The notes under the pieces were generated by a model. The model searched no databases and had not been told where the DNA came from. It saw nothing but the letters and a program-made list of their open reading frames with translations. A DNA stretch of 64,000 nt from Oopsacas minuta (lineage: Eukaryota > Animalia > Porifera), in contig JAKMXF010000323.1 of the NCBI GenBank assembly GCA_024704765.1, positions 186,001 through 250,000 of the forward strand. Direction: 5' to 3'. Every line of letters starts with the position of its first letter. Position 1 is the stretch's first letter. Both the position numbers and the translations under genes were made by a program. Below are positions 63,444 through 64,000 of this stretch, one piece after another.

Positions 63444-64000
63444 TACTCTTAGATATTTACTACTTTATGTTACCCATTTTCTACATTTTATTTGTTTTTT
63501 CCACTAAATATTTTGTCGTGTTTCCAGTAATGAATCTTTTCCTTACTTTTACTATTCCTTTCGTCTCTAATCCATAATACTTTCCATCCCTTAATGCCAC
63601 GGTCTTAACCTCTACACTAATGAACTCCTTCATATAGACAGCAATACAATATTTGGAATACTGTGGATCCTGCTCTCGTCCGTGGACAACCAAGGTTGGG
63701 AACCGCTGACTTGTTACTTAGTATACTTTGATTACACATCTTTCAAAAATGGCAAATCCATCAATATACTTTGGTCATAATCTGGCAACATCCTCTCACC
63801 TTTTGACTCTCTCATTTAAGTTCTCTAGAATATGCTGCGAATATTTTCCAAGTTCCCAATAGAAATCATACTACAGCACTATAGAATACATATAGGTGAT
63901 CTATGCAGCCAAAATCGATGGGTAGGGTTTTGCTGTGACCGCTGACCAAATAGGAAGACCTCTAGCAGTGAACGGAACTCTCCGAATGTAGTTGCCTCAT

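Noticed and set aside
1188-63693. Most 60-130 aa ORFs in the track
   Set aside because: They are antisense or alternative-frame shadows of transposase and host genes, or chance ORFs starting at TTG/GTG in AT-rich repeats.
1-64000. tRNA, rRNA or spliceosomal snRNA genes
   Set aside because: No cloverleaf or conserved snRNA/rRNA sequence was recognised. GTTCGA hits (e.g. about 30877) lie in MITE ends.

Overview
AT-rich animal genomic DNA. A sponge such as a hexactinellid is my unverified guess, based on the NHL gene family style. The window is dominated by DNA transposons, many nested inside one another: three mariners, a DD41D element, a DD37E Tc1-like element, a MULE, several hATs, an unclassified DDE family, many MITEs and foldback elements, a Ginger2 fragment, and one apparently intact, intron-containing Ginger1 element whose integrase is fused to an OTU protease. 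No reverse transcriptase was seen. Host genes are an intact intronless CYP4-clan P450, the 5' exons of an ABCA transporter, a decayed MATE transporter, and three paralogous RING-less coiled-coil + NHL beta-propeller genes. The most interesting signals are: (1) the NHL paralogues differ by whole-codon replacements at periodic propeller loop positions and appear to be mosaics of one another, suggesting a diversifying receptor-like family; (2) the intact Ginger1-OTU element plus two further OTU remnants; (3) a 2A/StopGo-like motif behind a hydrophobic leader; (4) a foldback element whose inner ~345 bp arms are almost perfectly homogenised while the outer arms are diverged. All translations, alignments and coordinates were worked out by eye; no searches were run.
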